DNA of 61,616 nucleotides, filler included, from Choristocarpus tenellus KU-1152 (GCA_964200185.2; 11 parts of 11 records of this genome joined end to end with filler, not necessarily neighbours in it), one strand, 5' to 3'. Positions 25,259 through 36,709 are shown, numbered from the whole stretch's first letter. Notes: a model not told the origin generated them from the letters alone. Program-made: numbers and translations.

Positions 25259-26814
25259 TCAAGCCCTAGCTTGAACCGGTGAGCGGAAAAATAGTCAAAT
25301 GTTCGAATTGATCACAAAATAACCCATTTTAGCTACAATGATGGACAATTTATCCTCATCTCAGTCCTTCATCACAAATGCCATATATATCAGTTATCGG
25401 ACTATGCTCTCTCCTCATATATCACTCTGCCCTTCTTGTCCAGAAACCAGCATTCACATCGCAATTTTTTCATAATAATGTTTCCTGCATTTTTACTTGC
25501 ATTTTGGGCTACCAGGTTTCTTGACAGGACAGCAAAAGTAATAAACCCTGACAAAGCAATCCTCATGCCCAGTTCAATGGCCATTTTGCCAGTCCCTTCT
25601 CAACATCATGAGCTAAGTAGAATTACACAGCAGTCATATTTGGATGCCTGTCTTACTATGAGTTTCCTTACTTGTTGAAATATCAGAGCTCTTGGCTTGC
25701 AATTGATATATATATATATCTTCAACTTACATGCAATTTCCCGGACGATCACTCACATGTACTACATGCAACTTTTGAAGGGAGCTCAACCCGGATAAAG
25801 GACATCCTCATGGTACCAGCAGTGGCCGGAATATCTCCGAGATACCCTCATGAGGATGCTCAGAATGTGAGAGTCGCATCTGAGTGCCTCTGGTCTGATC
25901 CCGCCAAGGAATGTCAGGTGAGAAAGAATAAAAGTACCTCGTAGAATGATAAATCCGTCTACCCGAAAATTCATGACATTTGCTTTTCACCATTCAGGGA
26001 GGAACTAGGTGGACAAGAAAATATATTAGTTTCTCCTCCACTTGCTGCTCTTGTAGTGTAAAACACAGTGCCACATGCAGTCGATTGTTAAGAGTGTGGC
26101 TTCAGTGCATGCCACGAGAGCAATGGTTGTTTTCTACAGACAAGACATGCTAGCAGTGTTGCACAGTACAGCCTTGCACAGTTTGTCAGAAGAGGCACGG
26201 AATAACATATGCTTAAGGGTCTAGGAGAGCCCAACCAAATAACTGCTTGGTTGTTCCTGTAGTGTAATCGTTAGTGTTATTACATTTTGCAGATCCTGCT
26301 ACCTCTTTTGGTGGCACCAGTGGTTCTATGTCTTTTCCAGATGTCCTGCCTGTGCCTAACCTATCTGGCAGGTCTGTTGGGTTTTCCCCCAGAACGCGAT
26401 GTTGGTTTGTTTCGAAAGTCTACGCACAAAATTCATATAGTCCCAAAAAACAGGTATATATTCCATCCATTGCTGTGAGGGTGTGGACGATAAACAACTA
26501 TGGGCCTGCTGTGGACGAACACATATGTTGCAAGCCTATCTGCAGTACTGCTCCCTGTGTGTGACTGCGGCTTGGTGAAATATTTCAGTAGGTTTCTTTG
26601 CTTGTCATCAACAACATACTATGCCACTTCCTGCTCCTTTTTCTGCTCCATATAAATAAGCGACCCAACCACCTACAAAACCGTGTGCTTGTCAGGAGTC
26701 CACCCTTGATAAGACCGGTTATGGCAACAGTCCTAGAGGAGCAGGAGCGGTCTGCTTCGGAACAAAGGCTGTGGATGATTTCCTTGAGAAGAACAACTTG
26801 AGCTACATCGTGAG
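20788..26814 (+). CDS. PPP-family (calcineurin-like metallophosphoesterase) Ser/Thr protein phosphatase, partial
   Basis: Exons 20788-20981, 21337-21457 (GDIHG), 22105-22212 (GDYVDRG), 23422-23483 + 23781-23858 (LLRGNHE), 25056-25183 (CVHGG), 25781-25917 (LWSDP), 26696-26814 (SPRG...FG...YIVR). All canonical PPP motifs occur in order with consistent phases. The next expected exon (AHE) lies beyond the contig; upstream exon(s) probably near 20585-20664. Confidence 0.93.
23994..24292. repeat. Tandem duplication of ~149 bp containing a (TA)n tract
   Basis: AGTCCCTATCATCATC...AGTTCCTATCT occurs twice in a row (starts 23994 and 24142), apparently differing only in TA count. Confidence 0.9.
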
Positions 26815-26888
26815 GTGAAAAATACGATGCTTGATACTATGCATGTCCCAAATCACAACCTTGGGAACAACATCAGGCCCCAAACTTG

Positions 26889-27146
26889 GACCCAAAGAAA
26901 TTGAGACGGTGGGGTTGCATTCCTTCAGGGTCATAAATCCAATGTTGCGATTTGGATGAGTTTGGGATATTGTGTTTGTTAGCGAGTGTCAATATCCTTG
27001 ATCCGGACATGCCTTTCATAGTTGTATACATTTTAGGTAACTGTGTTCACACAGAAAACCGAAAAAGGGCGTAAAAAACCTGTGGGAAGTCAAGCCCCTA
27101 ATTGACAAACAGGGCAAAACTCCTAACCTCTTAAATGCTTCGGGTC
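26889..27146. mobile_element. MITE family B, variant B2, complete copy
   Basis: GACCCAAAG ... CTCTTAAATGCTTCGGGTC flanked by TTG (26886-26888 and 27147-27149). Confidence 0.8.
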
Positions 27147-27638
27147 TTGATCTACACATCCTCCCTTCCCATTTTCGTATGCAGAACATGCTTAGTACAT
27201 CTTTGGGCAGAGAGGAAGGACCAGATGCTAGTCAATACTACAGTCGTTGAGACCGTACATGATTGTTGAAAACTGTTATCTTGAAGGAGGAGTTGTACGG
27301 CATCTGCTGCAGTTGTATCCAACCGTATTGATTTGACACCTGCTGTTTGTAGGAGGAACCTGAAGTAGAAAAAATCTGATGGCAGAGTGGTCTATTGACT
27401 GGATTGCTCCTAGGAAATAATTAAATCTTTACCACTCTAAGATATATCACGCCTCTACTCCTTGTGCTGAGTGTGTTGATAATGTGGGAAACACCAAAAA
27501 GGGCGAGATTTACTTTCGTACTATTATGCCAATTTCCCACTGAATAGAGGGGGCCGAACCCCCCCAATGATCTACACCGTGATAGTGTAGTTGTGCAGGC
27601 GGACAGTGCTTGGTGACTCAAGACCCAAAATATCTGGG

Positions 27639-27738
27639 NNNNNNNNNNNNNNNNNNNNNNNNNNNNNNNNNNNNNNNNNNNNTTAATTAATTAANNNNNN
27701 NNNNNNNNNNNNNNNNNNNNNNNNNNNNNNNNNNNNNN
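27639..27738. other. Artificial contig linker
   Basis: N44-TTAATTAATTAA-N44. Confidence 0.98.
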
Positions 27739-27862
27739 GGAGGCGTAGGCGACACAAGCCACCCTGTTGCTGTGGAAGCAACTAGCATGGTGTTTTCGAT
27801 CAACAGGCGGTCTTGGGCAGTGAGAAGGTGTAGGAGTGATTAGATTCGAAGATGAGCGTACG

Positions 27863-28472
27863 AACTTTGTTTGAGCCTCGGGCAATCAGTGGGACAACCC
27901 TGAGATCCATGATCCTGAAAATCCGTGTGTTACATTTTTCGGAAGTTGCAAAGCAGATTATATCCATGATTTCTATTTTTTTTTAATCCAATTATATCAG
28001 GGATTTGTATTTTTTTAGATACCAATCACATACTTAATTGATATTGTACATTTCCAATGTTCCGAAACCAACTTTGTGTGAGCCTTGGGCGATCGGTGGG
28101 ACAACCCTGAGATCCATGATCCTGAAAATCCGTGCGTTACATTTTTCGGAAGTTGTAAAGCAGATTATATCCGTGATTTCTATTTTTTTTAATCCAATTA
28201 TATAAGTGATTTGTATTTTTTTAGATACCAATCACATACTTAATTGATATTGTACATTTCCAATGTTCCGAAACCAACCTTGTTTGATCCTCGGGCGATT
28301 GGTGGGACCACCTTGAGATCCCACCGATCCTGAAAATCCGTGCGTTACATTTTTCAGAAGTTGTAAATCATATTATATCCGTGATTTCTATTTTTTTTAA
28401 ATCCAATTCTATTAGTGATTTGTATTTTTTTAGATACCAATCACATACTTAATTGACCTTGTATGTTTCCAA
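27863..28472. repeat. Tandem array, three units of ~206-207 bp
   Basis: The GGGAC(A/C)ACC anchor recurs at 27891, 28098 and 28304; units are highly similar and AT-rich. Confidence 0.92.
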
Positions 28473-29270
28473 TTTACAGTAACCAAAACGTCAAAAAACA
28501 ACTCTAACCCTCTACATATTTGAAGTACAAAACCTTACCAAATTGGACATACGGATTTTCATAAACTGTTGAGGCGATAAAAAGTGGTTCTTTAGGTAAA
28601 ACTGATCAGCGCGGACCTAGAATACCTAAGGATCCACTTTACACGTGCGTTAGGATTTTTTAATATAGTAAATCCAGTAATAACCGTTCTTAGGGTTGTA
28701 AAAAATACCAAGAACGCACTTTATGGGTCTCACACGTTTCCAATTTTCAGAAACTAAAAGGACACTTCGAACTGGTACCCACTATTTATTTAAATACTAA
28801 ATCCGCTTTTTGGCATCTTTAGTATTTAAATAAACACAAGAGACCAAAAAAAAGCGGATCTATGATATTCAAGATCCGCGCGAATAATTTTTACCGTTGA
28901 ACACCCAAAACATGTGCGTTAGGGTTTTTCCAAAATTAGAATGATATTCTAATCTTTACATCAAGAAACACAGATACAAACCACATCCTTCATTGATCTA
29001 AATGTTTGAAACATACGAAACGAAAAGGTTATAAAAAAACAGGTACTCTCTGTCCCAGTTCCATATGAAATCGTATGCTGTTTGATATTCGTATTTTTTG
29101 TAACACAATTCCCATAAAAATGGTGAAATCTGAGTTTTGAGGATCGACAGACCAGATGAAATAAAACAGCCTAACCCATCCCTCAGTCCTCATTTCAATT
29201 CATTCCGTTCTGAAGATACCACGCAGACCTCTTACTTATCCATCCCCATCACACCCTCCCAATCTTTGCT

Positions 29271-29717
29271 ATGTCCAACATTCCCTCAACAACAACCCAC
29301 CCGCCCGCCGATGGTGCTGCCCACGGATCGAGAACGTGGAACTTAACTCTGAAGGGCACGTCCCAGCTCCTAGAGCATCACTACCTCGGATCATACAAGA
29401 TGAAATTCACAAACGTCACATGCACAGAGATGGTGCATCCTTTAAGCGAGTGTGGCCTTGCGTGTGTGAGGAATTCTATAAAGGAGAAAGGCTGACTGGA
29501 GCAGTTTGCTCCAAGTGTTGTCATCCAGCGAGACTGTTTAGGTAATGTGGATCAGCTCATCGCCGAAACTGCGCTTGCCATTGAAGGGCGTGTATTGGAC
29601 GGAAACCATGGAATAACGGTGCTGAAGAGAGAGTTTGATCCCGAGCGCGCTTTCACCATGCAGATCTACATGGAGTTCAACCAAGCAGAAGAGAGGCTAA
29701 TTGCCAACGGCGGGTGA
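29271..29717 (+). pseudogene. Intronless 149-codon reading frame interrupted by one in-frame TGA
   Basis: ATG at 29271, TGA at 29493-29495, then the same frame stays open: LEQFAPSVVIQRDCLGNVDQLIAETALAIEGRVLDGNHGITVLKREFDPERAFTMQIYMEFNQAEERLIANGG* (ends 29717). Confidence 0.5.
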
Positions 29718-29719
29718 AG

Positions 29720-29950
29720 GAGTGTTTTCGTTGTTCCATAATCGCCTGACCGTTCTGATCAACTAAGCAATAAAGTAAGTTGAGTGTTCTCGTTGATCCA
29801 TGTTCGTCTGATGACTATTACCATCAAGTAAGCAATAAAGTAAGTTGATAATCATGACGTTCCATGATCGCCTAACCATTCTGATCAACTAAGCACCAAA
29901 GTAAGTTGAGTGTTTTCGTTGTTCCATGATCACCTGATGGCTATTCTGAT
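29720..29950. repeat. Degenerate tandem repeat, ~62-bp unit, ~3.7 copies
   Basis: GAGTGTTTTCGTTGTTCCAT...TAAGCAATAAAGTAAGTT recurs. Confidence 0.85.
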
Positions 29951-30153
29951 ATGCAAAATTGTTGCCGAGTTTCCCTTGCTATGTCCATTGTCAGTCAGTC
30001 CATTGTGGATATTTTCGTTGCTCATCTTTTTTATCCCTCGTGGTATTCCTGTCCACAGCAACATGTTTCTCAGTGCCGCAGGCCGCGCGTGTCCCGCGAC
30101 CGCTCCCCACCTAACCCTTGTCCCGTTCGCCCACTGCACCGCCATGCTTATAG

Positions 30154-30667
30154 CATTCAACGACGCAACCGAGAGTGTGGTTGAGCGCACGTTATACGGC
30201 AAGATATATTTTCAGCACAAGCTCCAAGAAGCTATCAAACGACAGACGAAAAAAGAAGTGTCACTAGCAGAGATCCGCAGAATATACCAAAAGGTGAGAG
30301 AGTTGTCGACATTGGTGGGATGGTCGCGCTCTACTCCTCCTCTAGTTGGGTTACAGCTTTTGCGAGATATCTCTGTGTACTGTTATTCAACCTAAGTTGA
30401 GATAGTGCAGTTGCAGCAGTTATCTTTTTTTGCCTTTTCGGTATCTCCTGCGCACCCATACGTCGCCATGCGCCCCTGAATTTTAAAATACACCGTAAGT
30501 GTCTTTTTCTGCACCGCACTTATTGATTGTTGCTAAACCGCCCTGAATTCCGCGCGTTACGTGAATGATGCACGGGCTGCCAGGGAAATGGACAGGCTCG
30601 CATACAAGAAGCACAGTATGCACGACCTCTGGGTCAAGCCCCACTACGAGGAGAGGAAGAGGGAGGT
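30154..30667 (+). CDS. Possible exons of an unknown gene (truncated by contig end)
   Basis: Coding-like stretch AFNDATESVVERTLYGKIYFQHKLQEAIKRQTKKEVSLAEIRRIYQK ends at AAG/GTGAG (30293); a further purine-rich open segment follows CCAG near 30583. Confidence 0.35.
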
Positions 30668-30767
30668 NNNNNNNNNNNNNNNNNNNNNNNNNNNNNNNNN
30701 NNNNNNNNNNNTTAATTAATTAANNNNNNNNNNNNNNNNNNNNNNNNNNNNNNNNNNNNNNNNNNNN
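30668..30767. other. Artificial contig linker
   Basis: N44-TTAATTAATTAA-N44. Confidence 0.98.
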
Positions 30768-30819
30768 GTCAAATGGACACCCTGGTGTAGAACCACCCCC
30801 CCCCCAGATACTTTGGGTC
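30768..30819. mobile_element. MITE family A terminal fragment at contig start
   Basis: AAATGGACACCCTGGTGTAG...CCCCAGATACTTTGGGTC. Confidence 0.8.
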
Positions 30820-31464
30820 CTATGCATAGTCTCAAGGTCTTCAACTCATTATAGGGTGGCTCTGCAGTCATGGCCTGGGATATAGGTCATTGGTGCGAGC
30901 GGTAGATGCAGTGAGCCAGTATGCATTCTTGCATAGCCTCAATATCGTCAAGAGAGACCTTGAAGACATGCTCTAGAGTACAGGCCATAAATGCAGTCCC
31001 GTGCTCACAGAAAGTCGACCTACACTCTTCTACACAGGCTCGAGGTCGTAGAGAGAGAGAAAGACCCGGAAGTTGTGATCTCGAGCGCAGGTCATTAATG
31101 CAAGCCAGACTGGTGCAGGCAGTAAGGCGACCTGCATCCTTTACTCAGCCTTAAAGGTCAATAGAAGAGATGTGATACTATGATCTCGAGTGCAGGTCAC
31201 TGATGCGAACATGAGTGAATGCCCTCACTCATGGTTGCAAGGTCTGTTCCTCACTCGAGGTGTGGTATCTGAGTCACGGATGCAACAATGCAGAACCTTT
31301 CCCGTCAATTTGAGAGAAGTGGAGATGAGTCCATGCCTTACCAAGCAGCTATCATGGATCCCATGTGATGATGAGCTGAGTATTATCTCCAGCATAAAGA
31401 GAAAATGTAGGATCTCCGTATTCCACATGCTCCGCAAGTATATTGTGATGAGATTTTTCGGTCC

Positions 31465-31722
31465 AAGTGAAAATATCTTAGAGGGTACGAGTTTTACCCT
31501 GTTTGTCCATTTGGAGCTTGGCTTCCCACGGGTATTTTATTACATTTTCCTACATCGACCTGTTTCAGAGAGGGTTAAATGTGTATGTTATGAGAAGGTG
31601 TGTCCGAACAAGGATATGGACACTTCCTAACAAACACGATAGCCAAACTAAAATCAAAATCGCAACATTGGACTTTGGCCCCCAAACGGACCCGGCTCTA
31701 CCCTCTTAAGATACTTTGACTC
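31465..31722. mobile_element. MITE family B (~258 bp), complete copy
   Basis: AAGTGAAAATATCTTAGAGGGTA ... TACCCTCTTAAGATACTTTGACTC; TCC on both flanks. Confidence 0.85.
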
Positions 31723-32534
31723 TCCAATACACAAGCCTGTAGGAAGATGATGGGGCTGATAGGGGGCGTCAAAATGGAGATATCGTCAAATATGCTAGAT
31801 CTCTCACTGTGACTATTCATGCTATTGGTTATGACTAGGGTATACAGAAGAAAAAGCCATGATGAGTATGGCAAATGTATGGCCTTAACATAACTAGACC
31901 AAAATATAGTCAAGAGGCACCACACATAAAATCTAGGACTTCAAGGTCATAACGGCGTTAATAAAACCTCGAATAAGACCCATCGCCTGTGACAGACATT
32001 CCTTCATCGCATCTTTTGACATACGGAAAATGTTAGTTATGGGAAGTGCGAGATCCACTTTCAAATCAACACGATCTGAAGGACCAAGGTCATAGTGTGG
32101 GTCTGTGCTCAAATAGTGATACTGTATTGGTATCTGTTCCTCAGACAAAAATGTTGCAATAATCTACTTTCATTCTTTCCTGGGTGTCCTTTGCAAGAAC
32201 ACTGTGTGCGTGGTCGGTCTACTGAACATTATGTGACAAACATTTCCAACACCTCCAAACAATTTCGCCTCCCAAGAGAATAACAATGTCACTGGATACC
32301 TACGTAGTAGGGCGGTCCAGGTGTAATTCTATCATATAACAGATTTTGAGGTGTTCGCAGAATAGCCAATAAGATAGTACAGGTGCACAATTCTTAGTAC
32401 TGTCGTGGTGGATCATCGACAATAGAACCAGTGGAAAAACAAAATGAAAACATTATTTAGCATGATGGGATTCGAACCCTGAACATTGAGGAAGGAAACC
32501 TGATCATGGAACCCATCCACATAGAAAAAGATAT

Positions 32535-32616
32535 CGACACCGGTGAGATTCGAACTCACGCGTGCAATGCACACGAACTTAGCAGGCTCGCACCTTAACC
32601 CCTCGGTCACGGTGTC
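32535..32616 (-). tRNA. tRNA-Ser (anticodon GCT)
   Basis: Reverse complement folds as a cloverleaf: acceptor GACACCG/CGGTGTC, anticodon arm CGAGC-CTGCTAA-GTTCG, long variable arm, T arm GTGAG-TTCGAAT-CTCAC, discriminator G. Confidence 0.95.
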
Positions 32617-33498
32617 ATCTCATTACATGACGCTGAGAAATATCGGGCATAATTGCCTTATTAATGAAGAATAGAAATCCTAGACCAAAATACCCCTTAA
32701 TTTATTACTCCAGAAAATATTATTTATTGCGCCCGCTGACATCTTACAGATATTCGCATGAGGGAGGAAACCAGAGCGCCGTTGTTTTGTGCTCCTTTAC
32801 ACTTATTTTTTGCTTCAGCCAATAATGCTTGGGAGGGCACTAAACCCTCGTATTAATAATAGTAGCAGTGGATGTTATGGAACCCGTTGCCTTTTGGGTA
32901 CACACGAATATACCCAATACACTGACTCTCTCCCCACACCATATTCCAGTTTTCTTTTTTCTCAATTTTGTACTATTCTCTACTTTTCGTTTTGTCTGTA
33001 CATTTCTGAAAATTAGCTGCATTTCATTGTTTCCTTTTAGTGCTATTTATGCTTTTTCCAAGATACGTAAGTTATTCCCTTCTGCCCTTATTTCTTTATT
33101 GTCGTTCTCGCCGCATGTTCGAGCACGTTGTACCCCGCTTCTTTCTCCATGACAACATTTGCACAATGCTTTCGGGCATCTCGGCATCATGCGACCTGCT
33201 ACTGTGCCCTAATCAACCAAACAATCACATTAGCGTTTGACCTCTGAAGTACCTCTTGATAGGGTCGACCTAACGGTTCCTGGTCCCAGATTAAAGCGAG
33301 AGACAAATGATAACAATATTATAATATGTACGTAGTAATTGCTATCACTAGACACAGAGCTGTGGGTATAGTGTTTGTAACTATCGTCAGAGCCCCCCCC
33401 CTTCCCTTCTACCTGTAGTAGAGTCTAGCATATTACGACAAAAAGAAATGAGGGGATAGTTGGCACAAAATGATATTTGTATTTTCACTGTCTGGCAG

Positions 33499-33783
33499 GG
33501 CGCTGGCCTGCCATGCATTCATTCAGAATGTAGAACGTTGTCTTGACCACTTTGAAGGTCAACGTTACGCGGATCCCGGAGCTATACTTGCACGTTTAGC
33601 CTGATCACCAAATTTTCCAAGGGCTGGGACAGACCTCCCTTGGCACAGTCCACCTATTCTACCAGGCTCACAGTTTATCCCTGCTACCTGGGCACAATCC
33701 TCCACCTGTGCCTCTCCTTCCTGGTGGTGCTCGAATACTCACTGTGGCTATTTAGTGGTGGATGTTCACCAGATCCTCGCATA

Positions 33784-33818
<35 letters not shown>

Positions 33819-34481
33819 GCCCGTGCTTTTCCACCTGGTGCTGCTCAAGCACTATGGCTGCTTACGTTTGTGATGGATATTTTCCTTCTCCTTTTCCCCC
33901 CCGGCGCAAACCCCACGGCTTTATCCAGGCACACACACCCACTGTTATCATTCTCCTTCTGGGGCTTCTGGAGTAGGGGTGGGTGCGTCTCGTTTACGTT
34001 GACTCGTTTTCTGTTGGAGTAGCTGCCTATCTTGGTCAGCCTCATCTCACTAGGAACGTTGAATGGGTGAGTGTGTGCGTGGGGCAAAGAGGGCCAGACT
34101 GCCAACGAACAAAGGTTGCTGAGGGAGCTGAGTGCAAACAAACAACCAAGCCAAGTATATCTGAGGGATGCTTGCCTGCCCTGTATGTGACATTGGGTGA
34201 AAGTAAGGACAAGTACCCCCAATCAAGGAAAGGGGCACATGGATGATGAAGGTACAAGGGAGACAAACAACCCAACCTTGATGGATACTAACCCAAGGTT
34301 GAAGACTTGGGGACTGGGGCTGCTGGGGCTGCTGATGAGGATGAGGATGGATCTGGCGTTGGGGATACGGTGACTGGACCTGACCCTATAGCTGTGCCCC
34401 TGAGGAAACAGGGAGTGCCAACGCAGCATTTCTTTGTAGCAAGGGGGCCTACCAACCCCAGGCAAGCAATGCAGGCAGGGT
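33499..34481 (+). CDS. Hypothetical multi-exon gene (partial)
   Basis: Exons 33499-33557, 34023-34066 and 34298-~34481 splice in phase: ALACHAFIQNVERCLDHFE/AAYLGQPHLTRNVEW/VEDLGTGAAGAADEDEDGSG...LRKQGVPTQHFFVARGPTNPRQAMQAG. A perfect TACTAAC branch site precedes the third exon. Confidence 0.5.
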
Positions 34482-34510
34482 GTGAGTGCAAGACCCTCTT
34501 CTGAAGAATG

Positions 34511-34610
34511 NNNNNNNNNNNNNNNNNNNNNNNNNNNNNNNNNNNNNNNNNNNNTTAATTAATTAANNNNNNNNNNNNNNNNNNNNNNNNNNNNNNNNNN
34601 NNNNNNNNNN
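34511..34610. other. Artificial contig linker
   Basis: N44-TTAATTAATTAA-N44. Confidence 0.98.
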
Positions 34611-35687
34611 GTGTGGGTAGATGATTTCTGTTTGTAAATTCAGATCCATTGTCTGTTCTGCAATGCATACCCAGTAAGGAAGCGATTCGGCAAAGAACTA
34701 CAAGAGGAAACACAGCTGTTGACAGCATAAAAAATAAAAAATAAAAGCCGTGAGAAACAATCTTGCCATGTATCTGATCTCACAACAAGGACATGGCACC
34801 ATGGGCTTAACAAAATCCTTTGGTGGAGACACTTTAAAAAAAAAATCTGACATACCTTACATATATACTGTGGGGGATAGAGATCTCTCTCTCTCTCTCT
34901 CTGGTCTCCCAGAAGCATCTTTTAAGAACAACAAGCTGGAAAAAGAAGAAAAAAACATCACACACTAAAATAATTAAATAGCCAGACTGGTAAAAATATC
35001 TGCAGCTCAAGCTCAAGAGCTGTTCCTTCAATGTGCTGAGTCTTCCTTTGAATTTATGCAGTGAATAAATGCACTTGTTACAACTTGAGAGTCATCTGGA
35101 ATAAACAGCAGAAGCCAAGGAAGGATCCTCTGCCAGGACCTTGAAACCATCGAGCTTAGAAGACCGAGACAGGTCCTTGCAAGCCTCCACAAAGTTCTCC
35201 AGTCGCAGCGGGGTCCCCTTACCGGCTTGCTTGACAAAGGCCTCCCTCACAACGGACACATGCAATGACAATTCCATGTCCTCCTCAACTGGGAGGGTGA
35301 ATAACGTATGATGTGTCCACTGAGAACTCCGCACAATTACACACTACGATCTGCACAAGGCCTTGGGACAAAAGAGTGCTCAATAGATGGGCTTCTTGCG
35401 GGTAATGCCCCCTGACATAGGGGCAAAAAATGTCTCAATGCTGTTTCATAGTAAGTTTGAACAGAATGGTGGCCGTCGGCACGAACGCACCATTGCTATA
35501 GGAGATCCTTAAGCACATTTAGTAAGGGCATTGGTCAACATAGGGCGTAGCAAATAGTTGGAGTCACACCTTGCAGGTAGTCTCCTACACTATCAGACTC
35601 TTCAAAGGGAATAGCAACAACGTATGATATCGAATGGTGTCCTGAAAATGCACAGTGACATATTCCATGCCAACAAATAAAGCAGAC

Positions 35688-36709
35688 CTGAAAGCTCCAG
35701 GGTATCTGCTTGCTTGGTCCTCGCTTCGCCTTGTTTAACAGCCCTTTTCTGCCTATGTGGCCCATACAGATAATGGCAGCGACGCTCGAAAGCTTTGACT
35801 TGCTGCTGTGCCACCTCCTCAAAAAATGCATCCATTGCCCTTGCAGCAATAGGGGATTTGACCTCGAATACGACGGTGAAGTCGATGATGGTAGTGTCTG
35901 GCCTCTGACCTGGAAGGAAGCACCATGTGCTATCCAGCGACTTGAAGAGTCGGGATTGAAGAGCATGGACAGATACCTTCCTAGGCTTATCCAGTTTCAC
36001 CCTCGAAATGTACTTCTCTGTGAACAGCTTTGCATTATTGGGGATGTTGTGTGGAATGGTACAAAGGGACGAAGCAAAGGTAGGCAAAGGGTGATATCTG
36101 ATTATCTAGGCACGCGATTGCATGAGATAATACTTCCAGATGTGAGAGGGGGGTTGGGAACTGTTCCATGTTTGTAGAGACAACAGCCCGAGCGATACAA
36201 TGCAAGTTCAGCAGGCAGAAGTACCTTGAACCCCACTTCAAGCTCGGCCTCCATGACATCAACTTTCAGCATTCGGAGGACTCTGGAGTTCACGCAGAAA
36301 GGGACAAATTTCTTGTAGTTATCCACATCGGCCACCACATCGTAAAGCTGGCCCTGACTAAAAGGTACCACCTTCTTCTCCCTGTGACGCCTGACATTAT
36401 TGGTCCCCAACAGGGGAGGGCTGGACACACAGCAGAGCGGACGTGGACAAAGTTTGGACAGTGCACTCCTCTAGGCAGTTTCCGCTAGCGAATATCATTG
36501 CCCAATCCATGTCCCAGTGAACGTTGCTCGGGCTCGTCGCAGCAGGAAGTAGCAGAAGTTCCAACCGCAATACTAGTGCGTTTACCGCCTTTACAAGACC
36601 GCTTTGCACACCTGAGGTCTGGGAAGAAGCTGCGGACGACTGTGTGTGCGACTAGCAGTCCTCGATTGGAAGGCAACCGACAGCTGACTGTCGGCCTCAG
36701 CCCAATCAT
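35688..36709 (-). CDS. COQ10: Coenzyme Q-binding protein COQ10 homologue (START/polyketide-cyclase fold), mitochondrial; 3' end may extend to ~35092
   Basis: Exon 36612-36709 gives the Arg/Ser-rich presequence MIGLRPTVSCRL...RSFFPDL. Exon 36225-36420 gives HREKKVVPFSQGQLYDVVADVDNYKKFVPFC...AELEVGFK. Exon 36027-35688 gives LFTEKYISRV...LFKSLDSTW...FEVKS...FFEEVAQQQVKAFERRC. Phases are consistent. Confidence 0.9.

Noticed and set aside
29720-29950. CRISPR-like array
   Set aside because: Units are homologous throughout with no unique spacers; no cas genes; eukaryotic context.
35710-36488. Plus-strand ORFs of 155 and 106 aa
   Set aside because: Antisense to COQ10 exons.
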